DNA of 64,000 nucleotides. It comes from Lama glama. Lineage: Eukaryota. This document shows positions 24,060 through 35,831 of the stretch, one piece after another. The translations under genes were made by a program, and so were the position numbers. Below the pieces are notes generated by a model. That model worked only from the letters and a program-made list of their open reading frames with translations, was not told the DNA's origin and searched no databases. Location: the NCBI GenBank assembly GCA_028534125.1, contig CM052818.1:35652001-35716000 (forward strand). The letters are read 5' to 3'. The number at the start of each line of letters is the position of its first letter. Position 1 is the first letter of the stretch.

Positions 24060-24900
24060 GTCAGAGAAACTTCATTCCCTCCATCATTTACCAAGTATTG
24101 TTCTAGGTATAGGTATAAACAAAGAGTGTTCTAGGTATAAACAAAGAGTGAATAAAACTCATCCCCTACCATCGCGGAGCTCCCAGGTTGTGGTACAAGT
24201 CCTGTTAGTGAAAGAGAGCCTGCATAAAGAAACAGAGGAAGGCTCTCTAAGAGCTGACTGTTGAGTTGGGTTTTGAAGGATGAATAGAAGTTCGCCAGGT
24301 GGAGCAGTGGGAACAGAGCATTCCGGTGAGAGTTATAGGAGATTCTCACTTGCTTTGGACTGGTGACAATCCTGTGTAACAAGAGGATGAGTGGGTGGCA
24401 GAAGCTAGAGAGACAAGGTATGGAGAAGCTAGGTAGCAGAAGAGCTAAGGAATTTGGGCTTTATTCCTCTAATGATGGGGCTGCATTGAAAGAATTTAAG
24501 CAGGGGACAGATAGGATCTGCTCTGCGTTTAATAGAATCATTCTGGTGGACTTGAGTAAGGCTGAAACTGTTTAGGAGGTTATTGGAGTAGTCCAGGCAT
24601 GATGCCATGAGGGCCACCCACCAAGATGGAAGCAGAGGATGGTGAAGATGGGTTCAGGTTCAGGTGCCTGTGCGATATCCAAGGGGAACTATCAGATTCT
24701 TCAGTGGATAATTATTCAACACCCGTGTGCCAGGCCCTGTGCTTAAGATCTGGAGCTTAGAAGAAAGGTCTTGAGTTCTGGATTTGGGAATCATCAGCAT
24801 TTAAGTGCCACCCAAAACCATGGGGAGGGTGAGGGGTTGCCCACGGAGAGTGTGTAGATTCAGAAAGGAAGAAGGCTTAGGACCCAACAATAGGGAACAG
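24060..24900. mobile_element. L2 LINE remnant
   Basis: Purine-rich degenerate L2 motifs (ttttgaaggatgaatagaagtt, gctaaggaatttgggctttattc, ggatttgggaatcatcagcat). Confidence 0.6.
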
Positions 24901-26256
24901 CCTGGGGTGGGGGGGATGGCGGTCCCCAGCATGGAACATCCGAGCTCCACCCAGCCTCCGCTTCCTGCTTGGGACACGTTTGTCCCAGGTAGCCTGTGAT
25001 GGAGGGGGCTGGCGACCCATTTGGGAGCAGGAGGCAGCCCCTGTCTGATGGTGTTGGCATCATTGGTTCTTTTGTATTGGGGAAGCTTAAGGCAAGCCAA
25101 GGCGAGGTGGGACCAGGGTGTCCGGTGGGGTGGGGCGGGGTGCTGCTCACTGTAGCTGGTGAACAAGGGCTCGGATGGGAGTGTTAGTTTGTTACCTGGT
25201 GGGGGAAGGGTAGCTATAAAGCACCATGCGAATGCTAGTTAGTTATTTCTTTATTGCACTTAATCTTGGCAGACCATCTCTGATCTTTGATCTGTGAATG
25301 AATCATTTATTCATTATCCTTTTTCTCGTTTCTTTTCTGTGTCACCAACTGGCTCTTTTCCCCTCATTGTGAAAGGATTATTTTAAAGCATGCTTTTAAT
25401 TATAAAATGCCATCTAATATTGCAGAAACTTTGGAAATAAAAGAAGTTTATTATAATCCTATCACAACCAATTTTTGGTGTTCCTTTCTAGTCTTTCATA
25501 TGGAAATGTTTACAAAGCTGTACACATATTACTCTGGCTTTTCTTAGCTTTATAGCACAGACTTTTTTCTATTTTAAATTAGTGTTCACAGTCATCATTT
25601 TTAATGGCTGCATAATACGATGCTGGCTAAATGTACTGTAATTAACTCAACTGTTCCTCTTCTGTAGGGCATTTGGTTACTCTTAATTTACTAATTTCAT
25701 TTACTTATCCATATTTCACTTACTTATTCTTATTATTTATATATGCTACTGGCAGGCCCATTGCCTCTCTCCTTTCCCCTCCTGGCCATTTTATGTCTGA
25801 TGCTTCTTCCTTCCTCGGATCACATTTTCAGCTGTTTCTTTCAGCAAAATTCCTCTTCGTGGTTCCTAAGAAATTTGCTTTGATTAGTAATGAATCCTTT
25901 TCTTCCCTTTTCTGTTCCTCTCTTCGAGAGCACTTTCTTTGTTGTAAACAGAAAAGAAAATGACATGTTTCAGAAGAAATCCCACCCCACCCTTTACCCC
26001 CGTTCCGAACCCCAGCGTCAGCAGGCTGGATGTGAATCCTCGCAAGGTTTCCGTGATTGTGGGTTGCTGTTCCCATGTTGTTTCAGGACTGGTCCCCATG
26101 AAGCGTAACTTGGGGCCAGCGGAGCCAGAGCTGGCGGGGTGCAGAGCAGCTGCCTGTCCTGGGCCAGGTGGGCTCCTCCACTGCCGCCTTGGAAGCTGAG
26201 TTTTTCACCCAAGGGGACTGGGCCCTGAGGAATTGATCCCCGTGAGCCACATTCTT

Positions 26257-26940
26257 TTTATTTTTTAACTTGAAGTGTAGTTGATTTACCATGTTGTGTT
26301 AGTTTCTGGTGTACAGCATTGATTCAGTTACACATATATATATTAAAAGTTTTTTTTACTGAAGTATAGTCAGTTTGCAATGTTATATCAATTTCTAGTG
26401 TACAGCATAATGTTCAGTCATACATATACATATTTTCATATTCTTTTTCATTATAATTTCTATAAGTATTGAATATAATTCCCTGCGCTTACCGTATAAA
26501 CTTGTTGTTTATTTTATATATAGTAGTTAGTATCTGCTAATCCCAAACTCCTAATTTATCAGATCTCCCCCCACTTTCTCCTTTGGTAACTATAAATTTG
26601 TCTTCTATGTCTGTGAGTGTTTCTGTTTTGTAAGTAAGTTCATTTGTATCATTTTTAAGATTCCACATGTAAGTGATGTCATATATATGTCTTTGACTTA
26701 TTTCACTTAGTATGATCATCTCTAGATCCATCCATGTTGCTGGAAATGGCATTATTGCATTCTTTTTTTATGGCTGAATAGTGTTCTATTATATAAAAAT
26801 ACCACATCTTCTTTATCCAGTCATCTGTCTATGGACACTTCCATGTCTTGCTTCCACATCTTGGCTATTGTATGTAGGGCTGCTATGAATATTGGGGTGC
26901 ACGTGTCTTTTCAAATTAGAGTTTTCTCCAGATATATGCC
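26257..26940 (-). mobile_element. 5'-truncated artiodactyl L1 (ORF2 C-terminus plus 3' UTR) with degenerate 16-bp TSD
   Basis: Minus-strand ORF MPFPATWMDLEMIILSEISQ is the L1 ORF2 end. TSD copies cgtgagccacattctt (26241-26256) and catgggccacattctt (26941-26956), the second followed by AA. Confidence 0.88.
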
Positions 26941-28819
26941 CATGGGCCACATTCTTAAGAGACTGACCAATAAGCCCAAGGTTTGGTCACCGACCTGCTG
27001 GTGGTAGATGGACCTTACTACCCTCCTAGGGAGGGGAATACTCTGTTGTTTGATGCACATTAACCACAAATTCCTAAGAAACCAAATCAGTAATTTCCTG
27101 GAGGGGAATCTGAGCAAAGGGCATTGCCTGGTGCTGAGGGTGGGTCACCATCCCAGGCTGGGGCTGGGAGTTGCCCCCACTGCCCCCAGGCTCATTTCCA
27201 AGTTCTGGGCAATGTGGTCAACTGGACATAGCCTCCTCCGATTGCCAGAAAGGTGCCACGGTTTCTCACTCATCAGCTGTCTTTCCTACACATGATTACA
27301 GTTGATCTTTCATTGTGCAGCATTAACCACTCTGAAAACCACATTAATACCCCTCCCCTACATTGTGTTGTAATTGTTAGTGATGTATTTCCCATCTTTA
27401 GGGACTGATCTGGGACATGGCCTTCTTATTTCAGTAAAGGGCCCAATGTAGGGCAGTTACTTTAGGGAGTGTGTCCGGTCCCTTCCGTCGTGTCTTCGTC
27501 CCAGACCAGCTGACCTCTGCACTGCAAGCTGGTGAAGGGGCCTTGGGAGCCTGACCTGTGGCGGGGCGTTCTGCTTTGGGAATCTGAAAGCACGGGCTTT
27601 GTGGTCGTCTGACTTGAATTACCTCCTGGCTCCCTGACGTGCCAGCTGTAGGATCCCATGAACGGTGTAAATCTAAGCCTAGTTTCCCCCTCTGTGAAAG
27701 GGACTAACACCTCCTTCCCCTGGCTAGGGCAGCAACCTTCCTGGGTTGAAGCACACTAACACAGGAGCATGGCCTTGTGGGGCGGGCCCTGATGTGCAGC
27801 TGGCGCTGGAAACGCTTGCTGCTCTGACTGCCAGTGTGATTGTTATTACTGCTGGCTTTGATGGAGAGGAGAAGCTGGGGGTCAGCCCCAAGGGCGGGAA
27901 GAGCAGCGCCGTGTTCTGGGTGTCTGGGGGACTCCTGCGTCATCAGACACTCATCTCCCGAATTGTTTGCTGGGCCACCATTTTTCTTGTTGCTGTCTTG
28001 TAAATGAGACATGCTTCCTAGATGAAGTTCTCTGTGAGGACAAAGAATACTGTACTTCGGTTGCAGGGTTGATGGTTTGCGTCCTGGCTGTCACCTTTCA
28101 CTTAATATCATTTTTCTTTATTTCTTGTTTTTGGAGGAATCAGTTAAGAGTGGATAACAGGTGGGAGACACAGTGAAGGAAGTCCCTGGAATGATTTGAA
28201 CTGGAGGGGTGTCAGGTGTGTTTTTCATTAGGTCGAATACGTGAGCTGTGTGGAGCTTGTTCCCTTTAGTGTGAATAAAGGGGACACAAGGCTGTGGGAT
28301 GTCCCCACCAGGCCTGGGTGGCCTCGCTTTGTTCATTTTCACTGGGGTGAGTGACACCCACTTCACACCACTCATCACTGGATGTAGGGGTAGAAAAGCC
28401 CATGAGGCTCACCACCCAATCCACAGGCAGTGCTGGGACCCTTCAGTGGTGTCCCCAGCACATCATCTGGGCTTTGCTTCCATTTCTCTTGGGATGGGGG
28501 ACTCAGTTTCCTTCAGAACAGCCTAACTGGTCCGAAGACTGTTGAAACTAGTTACAAAGAACATTTGCAGGGGTTTTTAAAGTACTCCTTATCTACATTA
28601 TGTCATTTAGTCCTCACACCTCCTCTGCAAGGGCACATTCTTGTGTCTAGAGTTTCATAGATGAGAAGGTAGAGGAGGGACTGGAGGCGAGAAGGTGCCC
28701 GGGATCAGAGAGTGAAAACAGAGTGGGCTGGTGTCGGGTCCAGGGATTTCGGGGCCCCAGTGCGTGGAAGTCCTCGAATCTGATGAACTGAGACAGGTGG
28801 TTGGTCGATCGATGCAAAA

Positions 28820-29180
28820 AGTTAAATTATTGGGATAGTGGTCACACAGCTGTGTGTCAGAGCACACAGAACTATACACCCAAGAGGGTGAATTTTACTG
28901 TATGTGAAAAAGCAATAAAACCGAAAGCTAGACGGTGGTAAGCACAGGTGGTCACCGCATGACCCTGTATGTAAGAGCTGTGACGCCTTAGACACTGGGT
29001 GGGGGGCGGGGGATTGGAAGGGGCACAAAGGAACATTCTGGGGTGAAGGGAGCCTTCCATATTGTGGTGGGGGACGTAGCCACACAGCTATATTGTCAAC
29101 ATTCATCAAAATACGCCTTTTACATGGGTGCTTTTCATCATGTGCAAACTGTAGTGCAACAAAGTAGATCTTTAAAAGTC
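28820..29180 (+). mobile_element. Ancient L1M (L1MC/ME-like) 3' end fragments
   Basis: agaactatacacc...gggtgaattttactgtatgt and gggcacaaaggaacattctggggtga motifs. Confidence 0.6.
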
Positions 29181-32100
29181 AGTAAGATCAAGGAGTCACA
29201 CCAAAAACTGCACACAAATGTGTACACTTACAGGCACTTCAGATGCTTGTTTCATTCGGAGACACTTAGCTGCTCATCTTTTGTTGAAAGGAAAGATCTT
29301 TCCTGTGCTTCTGGGCGCCCTTGGTGGTGGTCCTTGTGGCCTTTTGTAACTAGGATGTGACCTCTGTAATTTACAGTTTCCTTAAAGTGGAGGGAGGATT
29401 GAAAGTCACTTGGAAATAATCTGGGTACAGAATCCTAGATTTTTATGACTTTTCTATGTACATTTTTTTTTCCTTTTGGCCAAATTTTTACTGTTGTCTT
29501 GCCCACTGCTAATTGAACAGCAGCTTCTTTTAGCTACTCACTTTTATTCAATTTTTCAAAAATTTCTAAAATATTCACTTTACTTTTTTCAGAAATAACT
29601 TCCTTTCACATTCATATTTTATCTGTTTTAGGTTCTTATTTAAGTTCTGTAAATATAATACCAAGAAACAGCTGACATCTGCAGGTTTGGGACTAAACAC
29701 AACTGACTTGGGAAACACTCCAAAAGTCGGAGCACAAGTACAGGAAAGTTCTAGAAAGGATCCTGCCAGCTGTGCGTGGAAGGTCAGCAGGTTTTACAGG
29801 GGGGTGGATGGTCTTGACTCACATGGAACATGGGTTTGGAGAGCGTCAGTGCTGGCCTGTGCTCCTGGCCGCTCTGTTTGAGCCCCATCCTGCCATCTCT
29901 TGGCATGCATTCCTGGTTCTAGTTTATCCAGAGGAAGTAACACCCGTCTGCCTCTTGTCCTCTACCCAGCAGCCCTTCTAGTATTTGAATTCAGCCATCT
30001 TGCTCTCCCTCAGTCTCCTCTTCAGCCTAACCCATTGCACTTTTCCAAGAAGTCCTCGGGTGACATGGTTTCTGGACCTTACATCATCCTAGCGCTTTCT
30101 TTGGCTGCAAACTGAAACGTGGTGCTCAGGGTGCCTTCTCCCGTTTGACACTCATATTCCTCTGCCCGCTCTGCCTTGTTGCAGGACACAAATGCTAGAG
30201 GAATAAATTCTACAGCTGTAATTTAAGATTTGGTGGGGAGGGTGGTCTCCACTCCTGGAAAATCTAGACATCGGGTCTTAATAAAAGAATTATAGTCTAC
30301 ATAAAAATTGAAGCTAATATAGGGAAACCCACTGCTGCTTAGGTGGCAGGACAGCTCTCCAAAGACTGACGGAATGTTCCCCGGCCTGGCAGGATGTGCA
30401 GCTTAAGGGAGTGGGGAGAGGGAGACAGAGGGGCTGTTCCAGGGACCATTCCACTGGAACTGCTGCTCAGGGCTGCCTGCTGACCATAACCATGTCCCTC
30501 TGCGGCCTGCGCACCCCTTATGCCGTCTCCCTTCCCCACTGCTTCTCTGCTCCTGTCCCCCTGCCAGACCAGTAAAGATCAGCACGATTATTAAGGTAAC
30601 CAGAGTCTGACCCATCCTCCTCTTTGTCTGCCCTCTTCTTTTCCTACCAGGATGGTAGGTGGTGTTGATTACTTCTGATGGGTAATTGCATGTGCCTCAT
30701 GATGGACATCTGTTGTCCTTCTGTCTCCTAATTCATCTTTTCACTCAGCCAGGTGCTGGGGCTCCATGGCTGGGTCTGCTGCTCCCAGCTCTGTGGTCTT
30801 GGCCAAGTTGCTTAGTCTTCTCTTTGCCTTCTTTACTGAATCTCTGTTGAGCTAATAAAGCTCAGAGAATAGTGCACGCTGCATGAGTTTGCCGTGATGG
30901 TGATGAGGACGTGGCTGTTCCTACAGGGCTGTGGTGAGGGGTGTCTGAGAGGGTGAGTGGAAGCATTTTGTAAACCGCAGAGCCCCATTCAGATGCAAGT
31001 ATTGCTATGATTATATGTATATCTGTAACTATGTCAAACCCAAAGCTGGATCCCTGTTGGGAGGTACATTTTGCTTGAGTGGTATGTACAGATCAGGATG
31101 AGCTTGTTGCTGCTGCTTGCTGTCCCCTACTGTTCACACAGCTTCTGCCAGGAGGGGCGGTCCTGGGGCTACGACTGAGCGTTTCCAGGGAGGGTGCTGA
31201 GGCCCAGCAGGGAAGTGACTTGCCTGAGGTCCCTGCAGTCCCACAGGGAGACAGTCTCAGGGCCTCTGTCTGTAGCCTTGGTCTCCTGGCCCCCAGAGTA
31301 GTACTCTCCCAACCCTTCAAAGAGGGAACACTGCTCTACTCTGTCCCCAGTGCCCAGGTGGTGGGGCAGGGACCTGCGACAGGTACAGGAAACAGAAAGG
31401 AGATGCAGGGTCTGCTCATGAGTATCCTGTGTGGCTCTGCTTCGGGAACTCAGGTGGAGACGGGAACTTCAGACGGGTGTGGGTGGGATGGGGCACTGGG
31501 CGCTGGAGGCAGGTGACACTGGGACGTCAGACGACAAGAGTGAGTGAGGGGCCAGTGGGATGTCACGAGGCCTTTGTTCGGGTAGGAGGCTGTTGGGCAT
31601 GTGGTTGGGTGGGGAGAGTGGCAGGAACGGGAGGCAGAGATGGAAGGAGGGCAGGCCGCCTGGTATGGATGTGTTTGGAGGGACACTCTGGAGTTCTGGC
31701 CCGATGAAAGAGGTTCCAGCGTAAAACTGGGATGGCCTCAGGCTCAGGTCTTCTGGTGAGCTGCTCTTGGTTGCATGATTGATTTTGCTTTTGTTCTTCT
31801 ATTTGTGGGAATTCTGTTTGTTTCCCTGCGGCCTCTCAGTCCTTACCAGGCCAGGGTTCTCTCCTGAGAGACCTGGATCCAGAGCGGTGTGGTCTCCTGG
31901 AACATGATTGCCTTCTCTTGCTCCCCTGGCTTTATAAGAAGGAAGTCGGAAGCTGGGATTTTTTTTTTTCCCTAACTCTTGAGAGGCTACATTGAGAGAC
32001 TGGTCTGAGAGTGAAGATCCTTGGAGGATATTTCCTCTGGCTCAGTATAATTGACTTAATTTGCTGTGTGTCTCATTTTTCCCTTTGGAAAAAGGAGAGA

Positions 32101-33372
32101 TGCTGCCTGACTCACTCCTTCCTAAAATACTGTGTGCTCAACTTCTCTCTCCGGAAAGTCTCACATAGGCGCCTTTTGACATAACATCATTCTTACTTCC
32201 ATCACAGAGGTGGCAGAGTCCAATACCTTTCTTTTCTCTGGGTCTGAGAGTGGGACTCATCCCAGATTGGCCGAAAGGATGTCCTCAAGCTCTCAAGGGG
32301 CCGCTATGACACACAAGACCTGTGAGAGTACAGAGAAGAGGCATCCTTCTGCCCTGGTTGGGAAAGGTCTCATGGAGGAGGCAGTACTGAGCTGGGCCAA
32401 GAAGGGAAAATTAGATTTTGAGCCCTGGATTGGTAGGGGGAAGATTGCTGGTGGGCAGTGGTCTGGGGATGAATGTATAGGCGCACACACATACACAGAG
32501 AACTTTTGACTGCAGAACTGGGTGTGTGAGATAGTAAAAGAAAAGCTTGGAAGGTAATTTGGGTTCTGAAATGGACGACCTAGAAAGCTATTTGAGATTG
32601 CTTTGACCACATTCTCTAGGCAGTGGAGAGCAGTGGAGTCCCAGAAGAAGACAGAGTTTTTGAGGTAATAATGGTGAAAATTTTTCCAAATTTAATGAAA
32701 ACTATAACCTGTAGTTCAGGAAGCTCAGTATAACTCAAGTAAATATACAGTGTAAAAATAGAATCACACCAAGGCACATCATAATCAAGATTGCTTAATA
32801 CTAGGAATTAAGCAGAAACTCATAAAAATAACCAGAAAGAAAGAAAAAAGACACAGTACATAGAGGAGCAAAGATAAGAATGATAGCAGATGTCTGCTCA
32901 GAAATTATTCAAGACAGAAGAGTATAGAACTGGAAAATAGGTCAGTCTAGAATTGTGTACCCAATAAAAATATCCTTCAAAAAATGAAGGTGAAATAAAG
33001 ACTTTTGTAGACAAACAAAAGGTGAAAGAATTTATCACAAGCAGACCTGCACTACAAAAAGTATTAAAGTTTTTCAGGCAGAAGAAAAATTATACTGGAT
33101 AGAAATTTGGGCTGCACAAAAGAATGAAGAGGCCTCTAAGTGGTAAATATGTGAGAAAATACAGAGTTATTTTTCTCATTTTTGATCTGTTTAAACAGCT
33201 GTCTAAAGCAAAAATATAACCAATGTACTGTAGAGTTTATAACATAACAAAAGTACGACATGACAACAACAGCACAAAGGACAAGAGGGGAGAAATGAAA
33301 AGATACTGTTACAATTTTCTTATACTGTATGTAAAGTAATAACATTTAAGGAGACTGAGTTAAAGATGCATA

Positions 33373-33788
33373 CAGACATACCTCGCTTTGTTGTGCTTTG
33401 TTTTATTGTGTGATTTACAAATTGAAGGTTTTTGACAGTCTTGCATTGAACAAATCTATTGACACCATTTTTCTGACAGCATTTGCTCGCTTTGTGTCTC
33501 TGTGTCACATTTTAATAACTTTTGCAGTATTTCAAAGCACTAGCAAAAAGATTATGTTTGCTGAAGGCTCAGATGATTGTTAGCATTTTTTAGGAATTAA
33601 ACGTACATACCTTAATTTAAAAATATTTTTTAGACATCCTGTTGCACTTAATGGACTACAATATAGTGTGAATGTAAGTTTTATATGCACCAGGAAACAA
33701 AAAATTTTGTGTGACTTGCTTTATTTCAATATTCGTTTTTATTGCAGTGGTCTAGAACCAAAGCCGTAACATCTCTGAGATATGCCTG
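33373..33788 (+). mobile_element. Internally deleted Tigger1-type (TcMar) element with both TIRs and TA TSD
   Basis: TA|cagacatacctc ... gagatatgcctg|TA. Body includes tttgctgaaggctcagatgattgttagcatttttt. Confidence 0.85.
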
Positions 33789-34925
33789 TATTGTACATCT
33801 CAGAGCAACTATTAAAAAAGTGGTAACAAAGAGGTATGGCACATAAGTCTATAATGGAGATAAAGTAGAATGATAAAATCAAAATATGGCAGAAAAGAGG
33901 AAAATAGTAACAAGCAACAAATGAGACCAACAGAAGACAAAAATAGTTTTAGACCCAACCATATTAATAATAATATTAAATGTACATGATATAATGTCCC
34001 TATTTAATAGGCAGATATTATCAGATGGATAAGAAAGCAAGGACCAACTATAAGCTGTCATAGAGAAACCCATTTTTAATATAAAGACACAAATAGATTT
34101 AAAGGATGGAAAAAGATATTTCCTCTGCACACCTGCATGTTCCATGTAACGTGTAAACACTAATCAAAAGAAAGCTGGGGTGGCTGGCTATGTTAGTATC
34201 AGGCAGTGTAGACTTTGGAATAAGAAATGTTACCAGGAATAAGGAAAGACATTTCATAATGATAAAGGAGTCAGTTCATCAAAAAGACATAATCTAAACA
34301 TGTATGCACCTAATGATAAAGCTTTAGAATACACAAAACAAAAAAAATGATAGAACTAAAATGGAGAATAGACAAATCCATAATTATGTTTGAAGATTGC
34401 AGCACGCCTCTCTCAGTTATGGCTGAAATAGACAAATTAGAAATATATAGAACACTTGAACAATTCTAATGTCCAGCTAGACCAAAGTGATATTTATAGA
34501 ACCCTCTACTTAACAACTACAGAATATTCTTTTCAAGTGCACTAAAATTTTTCATGAAGACACACAGTCTGCTGGGTTGTAATACAAGATTCATTACATT
34601 AAAAATTAAAATCATACAAAGTCTGATATTCTCTGACCAAAATGATGGATTGAAATAGCAATAACAGAAATGTATCTTGAAAATCCCAAAATATATTTGG
34701 AAAATTAAACAACACATATGTAAATAAACCATGGGTAAAGACAGAAATCACAAGTGACATTAGAAAAATGTGTTGAATTAAATGAAAATGAAAACACAGC
34801 ATACCAACTTTGTGGAGTGCAGGCAAAGCAGTACTAAGAGGAAAACTTATAGCATTAAATGCTTATGTTAGTAAAGAAGAAAGGTCTAAAATGATCTATG
34901 CTTCCACCTCAAGTAAAGTAGAAAA

Positions 34926-35831
34926 CAGTGTTATCTCTGACCTTGTGTTTCATAATTGGAGTATGCTGGGATAATGGAACATGTGGGTGTGCAGAGGAAA
35001 TAAGCACAATATGTCTTCCATTCCTCCTTGTCATTTCATTTTCATATAGAGTTTGCAGTGCCCCGGCAGCTTAGAATTCTGGTGAACTCACAATGTTTGG
35101 ATTTCAGCAAGATGCAAAGCAAGTACAAAGTAACATGTTGTATCTATGACTAAGTGGAGGTCCTGACAGCCCTGGGAGGCCATGCTTTTGTCCAAACTAG
35201 ACCTTGCTTCTAAAGCAGAAAGAAAGTAGTGACATTCTAAAAAACGTGAATGTCCAAGGAACCCCATCATCTCTTTCTTACTTGTGTTGCTTCCCTGTGT
35301 TAGCCAACCACTTAATGCAGAAATTCATGACATAGAAAGAGAAAAGTAGGAGAAGCCATAGTTCCTTTTCTTTTTAGTCCTTCTTTATTAGTAAGCTGAT
35401 GGTAGATAGTGTTAGTAGAATGTGTGCATATCAAGAAGTGAATAAAAGCAGTTGAGTTAGTTTTCTGTGGTCTTTCTACTGTTTTGATAAGAATGAAATA
35501 CATGTATATATGTATATAAACCACAAAATACTACTTGTTTCATTGTAGTGATTCTGCATACAAGTTAAATGCTCTTACATTTGCATTTAAAACTGTCATT
35601 GTACAATATAGCAGATGGTAAAATTCATGCTAATAATTTTAAAATTTAACTTTTCTTAGAACAACATCAAATAGCAGATAAAAATCACCATGACAAGTCA
35701 AAAGAAAGACGAAAAGGAAAGGGCAAAACTTTGTATTTTAGTACATTTTTTGGCCTTTTTTTTCCCTTTTTGAGTAAGGGGATCTTCATTTTCACTTCTC
35801 AGTAAACCTCTATGTCATGTAGCTGTCCCTG
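34926..35831 (+). mobile_element. MER45-type hAT-Tip100 element, 5' end missing
   Basis: catttgcatttaaaactg...ggtaaaattcatgctaataat...caccatgacaagtc...atgtagctgtccctg terminal sequence. Left boundary approximate. Confidence 0.65.
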
